From IMG/VR virus record IMGVR_UViG_3300016263_000839, positions 1-26,321 of that record: 26,321 nt of DNA. One strand, 5' to 3'. The notes beneath the pieces were generated by a model that was not told where the DNA came from, ran no database searches, and was given only the letters and a program-made list of their open reading frames with translations. The translations under genes were made by a program, and so were the position numbers. This document shows, piece after piece, positions 16,072 through 25,375 of the stretch (the stretch's first letter is position 1; each line of letters starts with the position of its first letter). The DNA is from a virus (Duplodnaviria; Caudoviricetes).

Positions 16072-18334
16072 CGACGCACTCGACGAGCTCTCCAAAGAAG
16101 CGCGCGCAGTCGCCAACTCGCTCAGGCAGATGGGCGACGCGGCGAAGAACGCTCAGGCGCCGCTGGCTGGCGTCGGCGAGAGCGCCGAGGACGCCTCGCG
16201 GTCGACGCAGGTGCTGACGCACGCTCTCGGCGAACTCGCGGCGGATGGGCTCAACAACGCCATCGATGCTGCGCTCCGGTTCGGTCCTGCGCTGGTCGAG
16301 GCTGCCGCTGGGTCGGAGCGCCACCAGATGGCGCTGCAGCAGCTCGGCGAGGCGTACGGGGTGGTGCAGCAGGCCACCAACGGAGTCGTGTCCGCTGAGC
16401 AGGCCGCAGCCGTGCAGCAGCGCGCCCTGCAGTCGGGTCTCAGGCTGTCGGCGCAGGAACTCGCAGCGGTCACGGCGCGCGCCAGGGACTTCGCGCGATC
16501 GACCGGCACCGACCTCAACCAAGCGCTCGAGCAGCTCACCGATCAGCTCATCAACCCCGGCGAAGAGCTCTCGAAATTTGGCATCCGGCTACAGCAGGGG
16601 ATGGAGGCTGGCGACCAACTTCGCGAGACTCTGCGGCAGCTCACCGAGCAGGCTGGACAGACCGGAGTCGCGCAGGCGTCGCTGTCGGAATCGATGGAGA
16701 TGGCGACGCGCGCGCAGCGCGAGGCCACTGACGCGCTCGCAGGATTCATCGCGCAGCGGCTCGAGCTCGCGGATTTCTTCACGCAGTTCTCGGGCTGGCT
16801 CACGCAGGCGACGACGGATGCCAACGGCTTCAACAGCATGATCGAGGCTGCGGTCGGCACGCTGACCGAGATGATCGGTCTCCGATCGACGGCCATGGCG
16901 CCGCAGGCACAGAGCGCCTCTGGGCAGTTCACCACCGAGGCTGGCGCGATCGCGTCTCGACTTCGCGCGCGAGGGTTCAACCTCGGTGGCGTGGAGCTCG
17001 GGCGTCTCGGAGTGCAAGGCACGCCAGAGCAGCGCGCTCGCATCCTCGAGGCTCTGCAGCGGGCAGAGCGTGGCGCGCTCGAAGGCGGCGCGCAGGAGAC
17101 GCTTGGCTTCGCCGGTGGTCGCGGCGTGACGCGACAGCAGGCCCTCCAACAGCAACTGCGCGGGCTGACGGCAGAGATCGAGCAGACCTTCGCGGAGCAG
17201 GAGCGGATCAGGATCGAGGCCGAGCGGGCGACCGAGAGAGCACGGCGCGCCGAGATCAACCGTCGCAACCGTCGCGGCGGCGGCGGTGGCGGTGGCGCCG
17301 CCAGAGCGGCTGCTGTCGAGATGCCCACGGTGTTCTCCCCGGAGGTAGAGGCGCTATTCGTCGAGGCCGAGCGGGCAGGGCGTCAGCGACCGCTTGAGGA
17401 GCTAATGGCGCAGGCCGACCAGCAGGCGGCGGCACAGCGACGCGCCGTCGAGGAGTTCCGCGCGCAGTCTCGCGAGGCGATCGGCGCTCGCGCGGGAGGA
17501 CTCGACCTGACAGCCCGAGGGCAGGCTGCGGAGCGTGCGCTCATCGAGGCCCGCGGCGGCACCGTCGGGCGCGCGACGCTCACGACGCAGCTCCGCGAGC
17601 GGCAGCAGGCGTTGCAGGGACTCCTCGAAGAGAATCGGCAGATGACCGACGCGCAGACGGCGGCGGGCGCCTCGGCGCGCGAGCTGAACGACCTGCTCAC
17701 GCAGCGCATCGGCATCCAGACCTCGCTCGCGGAGACCACCCGCGCGCTCACCGAAGAGCAGTACCGGTTCACCGAGAGTCAGCAGTTCGTCCTCGACAAG
17801 GCGACCGAGGTCGCTGGCGTGCTCGGCGGCACGCTGGTCGACGCGGCCTTCGCGGCGCAGGACGCGCAGGCCAACGCGAGCGCGACCTTCGCACAGGTGG
17901 TCGAGGATCAGACGCGCGCCTTCCTCCGCTCTCTCGCACGGCAGTCGGTCGTGTCGGCGCTGCAAGAGACCGCCAAGGGCGTTGGCGCGCTCGCCATGGG
18001 CAACGTCCCCGGCGCCGTCGGGCACTTCAAGTCCGCGGGCCTCCACGCCGCTACAGCGGCCGCTGCGGGCATCGGAGCGGCTGCCATGGGGCCACAGACC
18101 TCCGCGACGCCTGCGGCCGCTGGCGGAGCTGCTGGCGCGGGCACGACGACCGCGGCTCGGGCAGACGACCGGCAGACCGGCGGTGGCGGCGGGCCTCTGA
18201 CGCTGGTGGTCAACGTCAGCGGCGCCGCGTTCACGGACGCAGGGGTGCAGCAGGCTGTAGGCTCGGCGCTGCGCGAGGCGATCGGCACTGGCGCGATCCG
18301 GCGAGAGCACCTCGTCGGTCTGCTCGGAGGATGA
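16064..18334 (+). CDS. Tape measure protein, 756 aa
   Basis: Long Ala/Gln/Glu-rich helical protein after the G/GT chaperones; C-terminal LVVNVSG motif. Confidence 0.85.
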   Translation: MADDALDELSKEARAVANSLRQMGDAAKNAQAPLAGVGESAEDASRSTQVLTHALGELAADGLNNAIDAALRFGPALVEAAAGSERHQMALQQLGEAYGVVQQATNGVVSAEQAAAVQQRALQSGLRLSAQELAAVTARARDFARSTGTDLNQALEQLTDQLINPGEELSKFGIRLQQGMEAGDQLRETLRQLTEQAGQTGVAQASLSESMEMATRAQREATDALAGFIAQRLELADFFTQFSGWLTQATTDANGFNSMIEAAVGTLTEMIGLRSTAMAPQAQSASGQFTTEAGAIASRLRARGFNLGGVELGRLGVQGTPEQRARILEALQRAERGALEGGAQETLGFAGGRGVTRQQALQQQLRGLTAEIEQTFAEQERIRIEAERATERARRAEINRRNRRGGGGGGGAARAAAVEMPTVFSPEVEALFVEAERAGRQRPLEELMAQADQQAAAQRRAVEEFRAQSREAIGARAGGLDLTARGQAAERALIEARGGTVGRATLTTQLRERQQALQGLLEENRQMTDAQTAAGASARELNDLLTQRIGIQTSLAETTRALTEEQYRFTESQQFVLDKATEVAGVLGGTLVDAAFAAQDAQANASATFAQVVEDQTRAFLRSLARQSVVSALQETAKGVGALAMGNVPGAVGHFKSAGLHAATAAAAGIGAAAMGPQTSATPAAAGGAAGAGTTTAARADDRQTGGGGGPLTLVVNVSGAAFTDAGVQQAVGSALREAIGTGAIRREHLVGLLGG

Positions 18335-18337
18335 CCC

Positions 18338-19204
18338 ATGGCTGAGTCGCTCGGATACCTGCTCGCGCAGAGCTTCCGTCTCACGTCGACGCAGACGATC
18401 AAAACCACCGACGACCGCGGTGGCCCGACCAACCGCACCGTGGCTGCGGGCTGGTATCGCACGCGCCTCGCCAACGGCGCAGGCACCGCGCACAACGACC
18501 CCGCGGAGTTCCTCGCGGCCGTCACGGCGGCGCTCGGGTCGCTCTACTGGCTGCTCACCATCGCGCCTGCGACCGGCAAGGTTCAGTTCACCTACCTCGG
18601 CGCGACCTCTGGCTCGATCGACCTGTCATCCTCGACGACGCTGCGGGCGCTGCTCGGGATGACAGGCAACGTCCCGTCGACCGCGACCGGCACGACGTAC
18701 ACCGCGCCCTACCAGCCGACTCACTGTGTGTTCGCCGCCTTCGTGGACCCCGACTCGGGCTGGGTTGACCAGCCGCAGCGGTACGCAGCGTCGTCGATGC
18801 CCGACGGCACCGTCTACGGCTGGCACGACGGCCGCGCGACGCTGCGTCGGCAGGGCGCGTTCAAGCTGTTGCCGAAGGACGCTGGCTTCGTCACGTCGCT
18901 CAACTCGACCTCGACGCAGGCCTACCCGGTCTCGTCGCGGTGGCTCTCGCCGTCGACCGGCGAGCCAGCGCAGGCGCCGCCGTGGTCCGCGCTCGACACC
19001 GTCGTCACCGCGCACACGCTGGAGTGCGGCATCACATGGGGCGACCTGCAGGGCGTTCTCAGCGGCAGCGTGACAGCCTATGACAAGGTGTACCTCACGC
19101 CCGAGATGGCGTCGGCTGCGCGGGTGGCGCTGTCGATCCCCGGCTACGACGCGCGGCGAGATGTGTCGTTCGAGCTCTCCTACGCCGGGGCTGGATCACT
19201 GTGA
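18338..19204 (+). CDS. Minor tail protein (distal-tail position)
   Basis: 288 aa, Thr/Ser/aromatic beta-rich, directly after the tape measure gene. Confidence 0.6.
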   Translation: MAESLGYLLAQSFRLTSTQTIKTTDDRGGPTNRTVAAGWYRTRLANGAGTAHNDPAEFLAAVTAALGSLYWLLTIAPATGKVQFTYLGATSGSIDLSSSTTLRALLGMTGNVPSTATGTTYTAPYQPTHCVFAAFVDPDSGWVDQPQRYAASSMPDGTVYGWHDGRATLRRQGAFKLLPKDAGFVTSLNSTSTQAYPVSSRWLSPSTGEPAQAPPWSALDTVVTAHTLECGITWGDLQGVLSGSVTAYDKVYLTPEMASAARVALSIPGYDARRDVSFELSYAGAGSL

Positions 19205-21771
19205 GCGGCTGGGCACTGACCATCACGGGCGTTCCGTACGCGTTCACGACGCACGACATGGGCACGCTGACGAGCTCGTCGCCGCTCTGGTGGGCGGGCG
19301 AGACCGGCGTGGCCTACGCCAACGGGTGGCTGTCGCCGCCGCGCGGCACGATCAGCGAACGCGCGAAGCCCCTCGAGGGTGAGCTCGAGGTGTCGCCGCT
19401 GTCGTTCGAGCTGCACGACGCCTCGACGACGGCAGGCGGCTCGCCGCTCCTGACCAGCCTCGCGGGGCGAGACGCGGCGCTGCTCACCTCGACGCCGCTG
19501 GCCTCGACGATCACCGCGAGCGCGACCTCGATCACCGTCGGCAACGGGGCGATTTTCACAGCGCCGTGCTTCGCCTGGCTCAACACGGAATGCGTGCGGG
19601 TCACCGCGGTCGCTGGCAACGTCCTCACGGTCACGCGAGGGCGCCTCGGGACGAAGGCCATCGCGCATACGGTCGACGCCGCGACGGGGTACTTCCCGGA
19701 GCTCTACGCCAGCGTGCCGTGGACGACGCGGCGCAAGGTCAACCTCTGGCGCGTCGACGGCACCACCGCGACGCTCTACTGGTCGGGCTACGCGGTGCGG
19801 GCGCCTGCGCTCGCCGCGGAGGGCGCGCGCTACACCATGGCCTGCGACCCGCTGTGGCAGGTGCAGGCGGGCAACGGCGTGGGCGGCAACACCGGCTCAA
19901 CGCGCCTCGCGGGCTACAACAGCGGGAACATCAACGAGGGCAGCGGCTTCGTGCTGCTCACCACGCGCACGACGCTCGGTGGAGGCACCGACCCTGCGAC
20001 TGGCACGCGCGTCAATGCGATCACTCGCGGGTCATTCCGAACACTCGACCAGCTCTTCCGACAGCACCAAGACCTCGCTTCGTCGCTCACTAACACCGCT
20101 GGTCAGCGCGTCGTCTATCAGTTCTCACGAGGCGTCAACTCGCTCAGCATCAACGCCGACTCGACGCTCCCATTCCGAACCGAAGCCGCGTGGTCAGACG
20201 CGGCGAGCGTCTCTGAGTACGCTCGCGCCAACGGCACGCGCCACGCGGTTACGCTGCGTCTGGCTGACGTGCCGCAAAACGGCATGACTCTGGTGTCGAG
20301 CACGACTGGCTCAGGCTCTTTTCTGCTGTCGTCGCTCGCATCGCTGCCGACGACGTGGACCGAGACGACGACGACCGAAGCGTCGCTGACGACCGCCGAG
20401 CAGCCAGCGCTTCGGCTTCATCTGGACGATTCGTGGTCAGTGCTGCTGACGCAAGTCACAACCGCTGAGACGGCAGCATTGGGTCCGCACATCTCGGGCT
20501 CGCGGTTCGTCTGGGCGCCGCGCAAGGCCGGCGCTCAGGTGCCGCAGCCGCGCACCGGGACCGTGCCGCACACATGGGTGCTGCTCGGCTCGCCGGTGCT
20601 CAAGGTCTGCTACCGGGTGCGGACGGACCACTGGCTGCTCGGGCTGAAGAACAGCGTGATCGGCCTCTGCGAGGACGCGCGCGCCGAGGACTGGGACTGG
20701 TCGAGCGTCTACGCATCCGGCGCCTCGGGACCGGCTCTGCGAGCGACGGTGGGCCTGCGCACGGCGCGCGAGTGGCTGTTCGACGGCGACCGCACGCTCG
20801 GGTCCGTCGTGACGGAGTGCAGCCTGCTGCACGGGTGCACGCCTGTCATGCGCTCGGGGCGTCTCGCGATCCACGCCTGGGCGTGGCCTGCGGCTGGTGC
20901 ACAGGCGACGGTGACCCTGACAGCCACCGACCTGATCGGCCTGCCGACGTGGTCCCGCTGGGCCGACGGCATCGTCAACAGGCTCAAGATCAAGGGCGAG
21001 GCGCTCAACGTGGAGGCGACGTTGCAGCAGAGTCGCGCGCGCTACGGGCCGGGGCGCACGATCACTGTGGAGCTCGCCGGGATCGAAGACCAGAGCCTGC
21101 CGATCGACGACCCCTACGCCTTCGCGCGCGAGGTCGTCGGGCGCCTCGAGCTCTGGTCCGAGCCGCTGGCCGTCGCGACGCTGACGCTGAAGGCTTCGCT
21201 CTGGGACACCGTCGAGCTGGGCGCGCTCATCCGCGTGTCGGAATGGATGCTCCCCGACGGCTCGGGTGGCCGCGGGCTCGTCGCGAAGGCCGGTCTAGTC
21301 GTCGCGCGGACGCTCGACCTCGAGCGCGCGCAGATGCGCGTGGAGGCGCTGCTGTTCCCGCGGCAGTCGTACCCGTACGCGCCGTGCGGCAAGGCCGACT
21401 CGGTCGTGTCCTCGACGGTCCTGCAGCTCGCCAGCGGCTACGTGGCCAGCGTGTACACGTACTCTGGCGGGGTGGACGCGAGTACGTTCACCGCGGGCGA
21501 CGTGGTCGACCTGATCGAGCGCGACACCACGACGCTATGGACCGAGCAGCTCACGGTGCAGTCGGTCGACGCCGCGACCAACCGGCTGACGTTCACCTCG
21601 GCTATGTCAGCCACGGCGCAATCGAAGATCGCTGCGGGCTGGGTCGACGTGCGCTTCGCGAACTACGCGGCGGTCACTGCCACCCAGAAAAGCGCGTGGA
21701 TGTTCGTCGGCGACGACACGACGCTGGTGATCGACTCCACCGCAGACGCCGTGCGACCGATCGCGCCCTAG
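19201..21771 (+). CDS. Tail tip/baseplate hub-like protein, 856 aa
   Basis: GTGA overlap; LTVTRGRLGT, SRARYG, ELGALIRV motifs typical of hub/central tail proteins. Confidence 0.65.
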   Translation: MSGWALTITGVPYAFTTHDMGTLTSSSPLWWAGETGVAYANGWLSPPRGTISERAKPLEGELEVSPLSFELHDASTTAGGSPLLTSLAGRDAALLTSTPLASTITASATSITVGNGAIFTAPCFAWLNTECVRVTAVAGNVLTVTRGRLGTKAIAHTVDAATGYFPELYASVPWTTRRKVNLWRVDGTTATLYWSGYAVRAPALAAEGARYTMACDPLWQVQAGNGVGGNTGSTRLAGYNSGNINEGSGFVLLTTRTTLGGGTDPATGTRVNAITRGSFRTLDQLFRQHQDLASSLTNTAGQRVVYQFSRGVNSLSINADSTLPFRTEAAWSDAASVSEYARANGTRHAVTLRLADVPQNGMTLVSSTTGSGSFLLSSLASLPTTWTETTTTEASLTTAEQPALRLHLDDSWSVLLTQVTTAETAALGPHISGSRFVWAPRKAGAQVPQPRTGTVPHTWVLLGSPVLKVCYRVRTDHWLLGLKNSVIGLCEDARAEDWDWSSVYASGASGPALRATVGLRTAREWLFDGDRTLGSVVTECSLLHGCTPVMRSGRLAIHAWAWPAAGAQATVTLTATDLIGLPTWSRWADGIVNRLKIKGEALNVEATLQQSRARYGPGRTITVELAGIEDQSLPIDDPYAFAREVVGRLELWSEPLAVATLTLKASLWDTVELGALIRVSEWMLPDGSGGRGLVAKAGLVVARTLDLERAQMRVEALLFPRQSYPYAPCGKADSVVSSTVLQLASGYVASVYTYSGGVDASTFTAGDVVDLIERDTTTLWTEQLTVQSVDAATNRLTFTSAMSATAQSKIAAGWVDVRFANYAAVTATQKSAWMFVGDDTTLVIDSTADAVRPIAP

Positions 21772-21779
21772 GAGACGAG

Positions 21780-22487
21780 ATGCCCATCGGACAACGAGTC
21801 GTCACGCGCTACATCAAGCACCCGGCGGCGGCTAACGGCTACCTTGCCGACGGAGACCCGCTCGACTCCGGCAGCGCGCACATCGTCCACAGCAACCTCT
21901 CGCACCTGAGCGAGCGCAACGTCAGGCTGGTGGCGCACGCGCTCGGCCCCGGCGAGGTCGACTGGCAGGGCGCGTGGTCTGGCGTGATCGACGAGACGCA
22001 GATCGTCGGCGTTGTCGACGTGTACTCCCTGATCCCGTGGTACCGCGATCGCACCGCCAAACTCTTCGGGCCGCTCGCGCTGTCGATGGCGCGGGTGCAG
22101 ACGGCGCCCGCGGGGTTGGTGCCTCGCAAGGTGCGCGTGGTCGTGCAGGGCACGAAGAGCACGCAGAGCGGCACCACGCTCTACGTGTACGCGGCGCTCA
22201 CCGCGACGTGCGACACGCCGATCCGATCGCTGCGCTACGCCACGGCGACGGCGTCGAAGGCCGCTGGCGGCAGCGACACGCTCTGTGTGTTCGACCTCCT
22301 GCTGACGCCAGAACTGGTGCGCCCGACGCAGGAATGGCCCTGCCGCGAGGCGTCGTCGGGCCTCGGGGCGACCGCAGCGATCACTCCCGCGTGGGTGTGG
22401 GTCGGCTGGCGCTCGACCACGACGGCAGCGCCGAGCGGCGACCCCGACACGATCGAGTCCATCAGCGTTTTCGAGGTCTGGGAGTAG
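21780..22487 (+). CDS. Minor tail/virion protein, 235 aa
   Basis: AGGAG RBS before ATG 21780; the real 3' part of track ORF 20574..22487. Confidence 0.65.
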   Translation: MPIGQRVVTRYIKHPAAANGYLADGDPLDSGSAHIVHSNLSHLSERNVRLVAHALGPGEVDWQGAWSGVIDETQIVGVVDVYSLIPWYRDRTAKLFGPLALSMARVQTAPAGLVPRKVRVVVQGTKSTQSGTTLYVYAALTATCDTPIRSLRYATATASKAAGGSDTLCVFDLLLTPELVRPTQEWPCREASSGLGATAAITPAWVWVGWRSTTTAAPSGDPDTIESISVFEVWE

Positions 22488-22489
22488 CC

Positions 22490-23638
22490 ATGCCGACACC
22501 CGTCACACAGGCGCCGAGCGCGTTCAGTCTCGACGCCGTCCGCACCGGCGAGCCCGTCAGCGTCGGCACCGTCGCGCGCCTGGCGGAAGAGGTCGCGTTC
22601 CTCAACGGGCACAACCTCGTCAAGGCTGGCGAGGCCGACGCGCCGCTGCGTCAGACCGGCGCGGGCCGCGTATCGCTCGTCGGGCTGGCCTACACGCTGC
22701 GCGTACCGTACACGCGGTCGAGCGGCGCGCGGGTCATCCGCATCGCCGTCGAGATCCACGAGAGCAGCGAAATCCTCGACTCGCAGGCGATCACCGTGAC
22801 GCTGCCGACGGGTGCGACGTGGCTCGATGCCGGTGGGCTCGATGGCACCGGCACGTTTTACAACCCTCCGGTCGGACGCACGACGCCGATGGAGATCGTT
22901 GGCTTCGCGGATGTGAGCGGTGTCACCGCGTCGATGACGCAGGAGATCGCCGTCGCGACCACGCCGACCTCGAAGGGGGCTGGCGTGCGGCGCGTGACGT
23001 TGCATGAGTGCCCGCTGTCGTCGCTCGCGGTGTCCGCGTCCGAGCCCGGCTGGGACGCAGCCGCGACTCGCTCGGGGCGTCCGGTGATCGACGGTGGCTC
23101 GGCGTCTCCGCGCGGGATGCAGCGGCTGTTCTACCTGCTCGATCAAGCGCGGTCGGCGTGGCGCCAGCACTGGTGTCTGTCGGGCGTCGAGAGCGCCAAC
23201 GCGACCACGTCGAACACTCAGACGCCGCACTGGCACCGGCAGAGCGCGACCGAGGGCGAGATAGACTGGCTGCTCAACGCCCCCGTCAACGACCCCAACT
23301 GGTACCTGCAGGTTCGCGACCTCTACGCTGGCACCGCGAGCGCGTGGAAGCTCCGCGTGCGCTACCGCACGTCGAGCGCAGTCGACTGCGAGCTCAAGCT
23401 CTACCATCAGGGCGGGTCGCTCGGCTCCAACACGTTCACTGGCGTCGGCACCGAGGGCAGCACCGCGGTCACTCTGACCGCCACCTCGGGCGCGTGGGCG
23501 TGGACGACGGCTGTCTCGGTGTTGCTCCCGCGCGACGGAACGAACGGGCTGGTGCGGCTGCGCCTGACGGCGAAGGGGCCGGGGGCTGGCGAGCTCCTGT
23601 CCATCGCGTGCGTTGACCTGCGAGAGGACGAAGCGTAG
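22490..23638 (+). CDS. Minor tail protein, 382 aa, with possible C-terminal carbohydrate-binding beta-sandwich
   Basis: ATG 2 nt after the previous stop; KLRVRY...LTATSGAWAWTT...LRLTAKG resembles a CBM-like jelly roll. Confidence 0.6.
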   Translation: MPTPVTQAPSAFSLDAVRTGEPVSVGTVARLAEEVAFLNGHNLVKAGEADAPLRQTGAGRVSLVGLAYTLRVPYTRSSGARVIRIAVEIHESSEILDSQAITVTLPTGATWLDAGGLDGTGTFYNPPVGRTTPMEIVGFADVSGVTASMTQEIAVATTPTSKGAGVRRVTLHECPLSSLAVSASEPGWDAAATRSGRPVIDGGSASPRGMQRLFYLLDQARSAWRQHWCLSGVESANATTSNTQTPHWHRQSATEGEIDWLLNAPVNDPNWYLQVRDLYAGTASAWKLRVRYRTSSAVDCELKLYHQGGSLGSNTFTGVGTEGSTAVTLTATSGAWAWTTAVSVLLPRDGTNGLVRLRLTAKGPGAGELLSIACVDLREDEA

Positions 23639-23703
23639 CGTCGGCGGGTCGGCGCCCAGCGGCCCTTGGCTGTGCTCGCGGCGCCAGTAGCTGGAGTCAG
23701 CCA

Positions 23704-24105
23704 GTGGCAGAAAAATCACGTCCCGTAGTCCTCGCGACGACCGTCGCGCTCACCGGCTCGATCGCCGTCGTCGGCAACACCTTCGACACGCGCGACAACG
23801 AGTACATTTCGCTCGTCATCAACTGGGCGAAAAACGCCGCCGAGACGCTGCTCACCGTCGAGGTGCAGGGCACGCTCGACGGTACGACGTGGGTGTCGAT
23901 CCCGGTGGTGATCGACGGCTCGGCGACGATCGCCTCAGGCGTGGCGACGGCGGCGCTCGGCGAGCTGCGCTACTCCCGCGACGTGACCGGCGCGTTCCAC
24001 ATTCCCCTCGAACTCAACGGCATCCGCACCCTGCGCGTGCGGGCGTTCTCGGCCTCTGGCGGCGCGCGCGGCACGCTCTCGATCACGGCGGTCGGCGCGT
24101 CGTGA
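23704..24105 (+). CDS. Small beta-sandwich virion protein, 133 aa (possible fibre/spike base)
   Basis: GGAG RBS; VEVQGTLDGTTW and RTLRVR motifs common in phage jelly-roll proteins. Confidence 0.6.
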   Translation: MAEKSRPVVLATTVALTGSIAVVGNTFDTRDNEYISLVINWAKNAAETLLTVEVQGTLDGTTWVSIPVVIDGSATIASGVATAALGELRYSRDVTGAFHIPLELNGIRTLRVRAFSASGGARGTLSITAVGAS

Positions 24106-25166
24106 CCATCAACTCCTCGACGCCGGGCATCCTCGGCGGCGGTGGCGGCGGCGACGTGGCGAGCACGCGCACCATCACCGCGGGCACTGGCCTCACCGGC
24201 GGTGGCGACCTGAGCGCCGACCGCACGCTCGCGGTGAGCTTCGGCTCGACGGGCACGACCGCGTGTGTGGGCAACGACTCGCGGCTGTCGAACGCTCGCA
24301 CGCCCACCGCGCACGCGGCCTCGCACGGCAGCGCGGGAGGCGACCCGATCACTATCGCCTCGACGCAGGTGACGGGCCTCGGCGGCGCCGCTCTGCTCAA
24401 CGTCGGCACCTCGGCGGGCACGGTCGCTGCGGGTGACGACAGCCGCATCGTCAACGCAGTGCCGAACTCGCGGACCATCGCGGGGCTTGCGCTGTCCAAC
24501 AACATCACCGCCTCGGCGCTCAACACGGCGCTCGGCACATCCTCCGGCCTCGGCGTGCGCACGCTCGCTCCCGACACGGGCTGGACGAACACCATCGGCA
24601 CGAACCAGCCCGGCGGGACGGCGAGCGTCACGGTCGCGTCGGGCGTGCACACGTTCACCGGCCAAGGCGGCGGTTTCGCCATTGAGACTCGCCCAGCGAT
24701 CTCGACTCCTGAGTGCCCTGCGGTCGAGTGGATGGGCCGGTTCACCGTCATCACTGGCAACCCGACGAACGCGTGGTACACGTCGCTATCGCTCACCAGC
24801 GCGACGGATTCGGCCGGATACATGGCGCAAGTTCTGACCGATCAGACCGTCCACCTCTACACGCGCGCAGAGGGCGGCTCGTGGACACTGGTCAGTGTCG
24901 GCCTTGGCTTGATTCCGCTGGTGTCCGGCGTGTGGATTCGGCTCGTCGTGACGCCCACCTACGCAGCGGCCTACTGGGGCGCATCGGGATCGAGCACTCC
25001 CCCGTCGATCTGGACCCTGTCGTCCTCTGTCGCGACAACGGTCGCGATGCTGGCGGGGCGGAGTCTGACGCATTTCGGCGTGCGTCAGGGCCGCTCAGGA
25101 GCTGGGGCGGCGGTGACGACCGAGTGGACTGACCTGCAATACCGCATTCTGGGGGTGTCGCCGTGA
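24102..25166 (+). CDS. Fibre protein, 354 aa: fibre shaft repeats plus C-terminal ConA/lectin-like domain
   Basis: GTG 24102 (GTGA overlap); TAGTGLTGGGDLSADRTL, GNDSRLSNARTPTAH, VGTSAGTVAAGDDSRI are phage fibre shaft motifs. Confidence 0.75.
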   Translation: MTINSSTPGILGGGGGGDVASTRTITAGTGLTGGGDLSADRTLAVSFGSTGTTACVGNDSRLSNARTPTAHAASHGSAGGDPITIASTQVTGLGGAALLNVGTSAGTVAAGDDSRIVNAVPNSRTIAGLALSNNITASALNTALGTSSGLGVRTLAPDTGWTNTIGTNQPGGTASVTVASGVHTFTGQGGGFAIETRPAISTPECPAVEWMGRFTVITGNPTNAWYTSLSLTSATDSAGYMAQVLTDQTVHLYTRAEGGSWTLVSVGLGLIPLVSGVWIRLVVTPTYAAAYWGASGSSTPPSIWTLSSSVATTVAMLAGRSLTHFGVRQGRSGAGAAVTTEWTDLQYRILGVSP

Positions 25167-25375
25167 TCACCATCGGCTCACAGGTCCGCTACTACTCGCT
25201 CGCAGCGCCGAGCATCCCGCGCGTGGCGATCGTCACCGAAACGCGCGCAGAAAACCCCGACCTCCCCGACGACGACACCGTCGCGCTCTGCGTCCTCAAC
25301 CCGAGCGACGTGACGATCGTCTCGCGCGCCGAGCGGAGCGACGTGCCTGCGCCGGGATGCTGGGTGATGCCATGA
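25163..25375 (+). CDS. Small phage protein, 70 aa
   Basis: IGSQVRY...AIVT...VALCVLNP...PGCW.MP pattern; coupled by overlaps on both sides. Confidence 0.7.
   Translation: MITIGSQVRYYSLAAPSIPRVAIVTETRAENPDLPDDDTVALCVLNPSDVTIVSRAERSDVPAPGCWVMP

Noticed and set aside
17275-17297. GGC/GGT run encoding poly-Gly in the tape measure gene as a contingency locus
   Set aside because: In-frame, interrupted trinucleotide run encoding a linker; slippage would not switch phase.
23639-23703. Intergenic gap as a terminator or ncRNA
   Set aside because: Only weak GC pairings, no U-tract and no recognisable RNA family; it contains the RBS for 23704 and at most a weak promoter.
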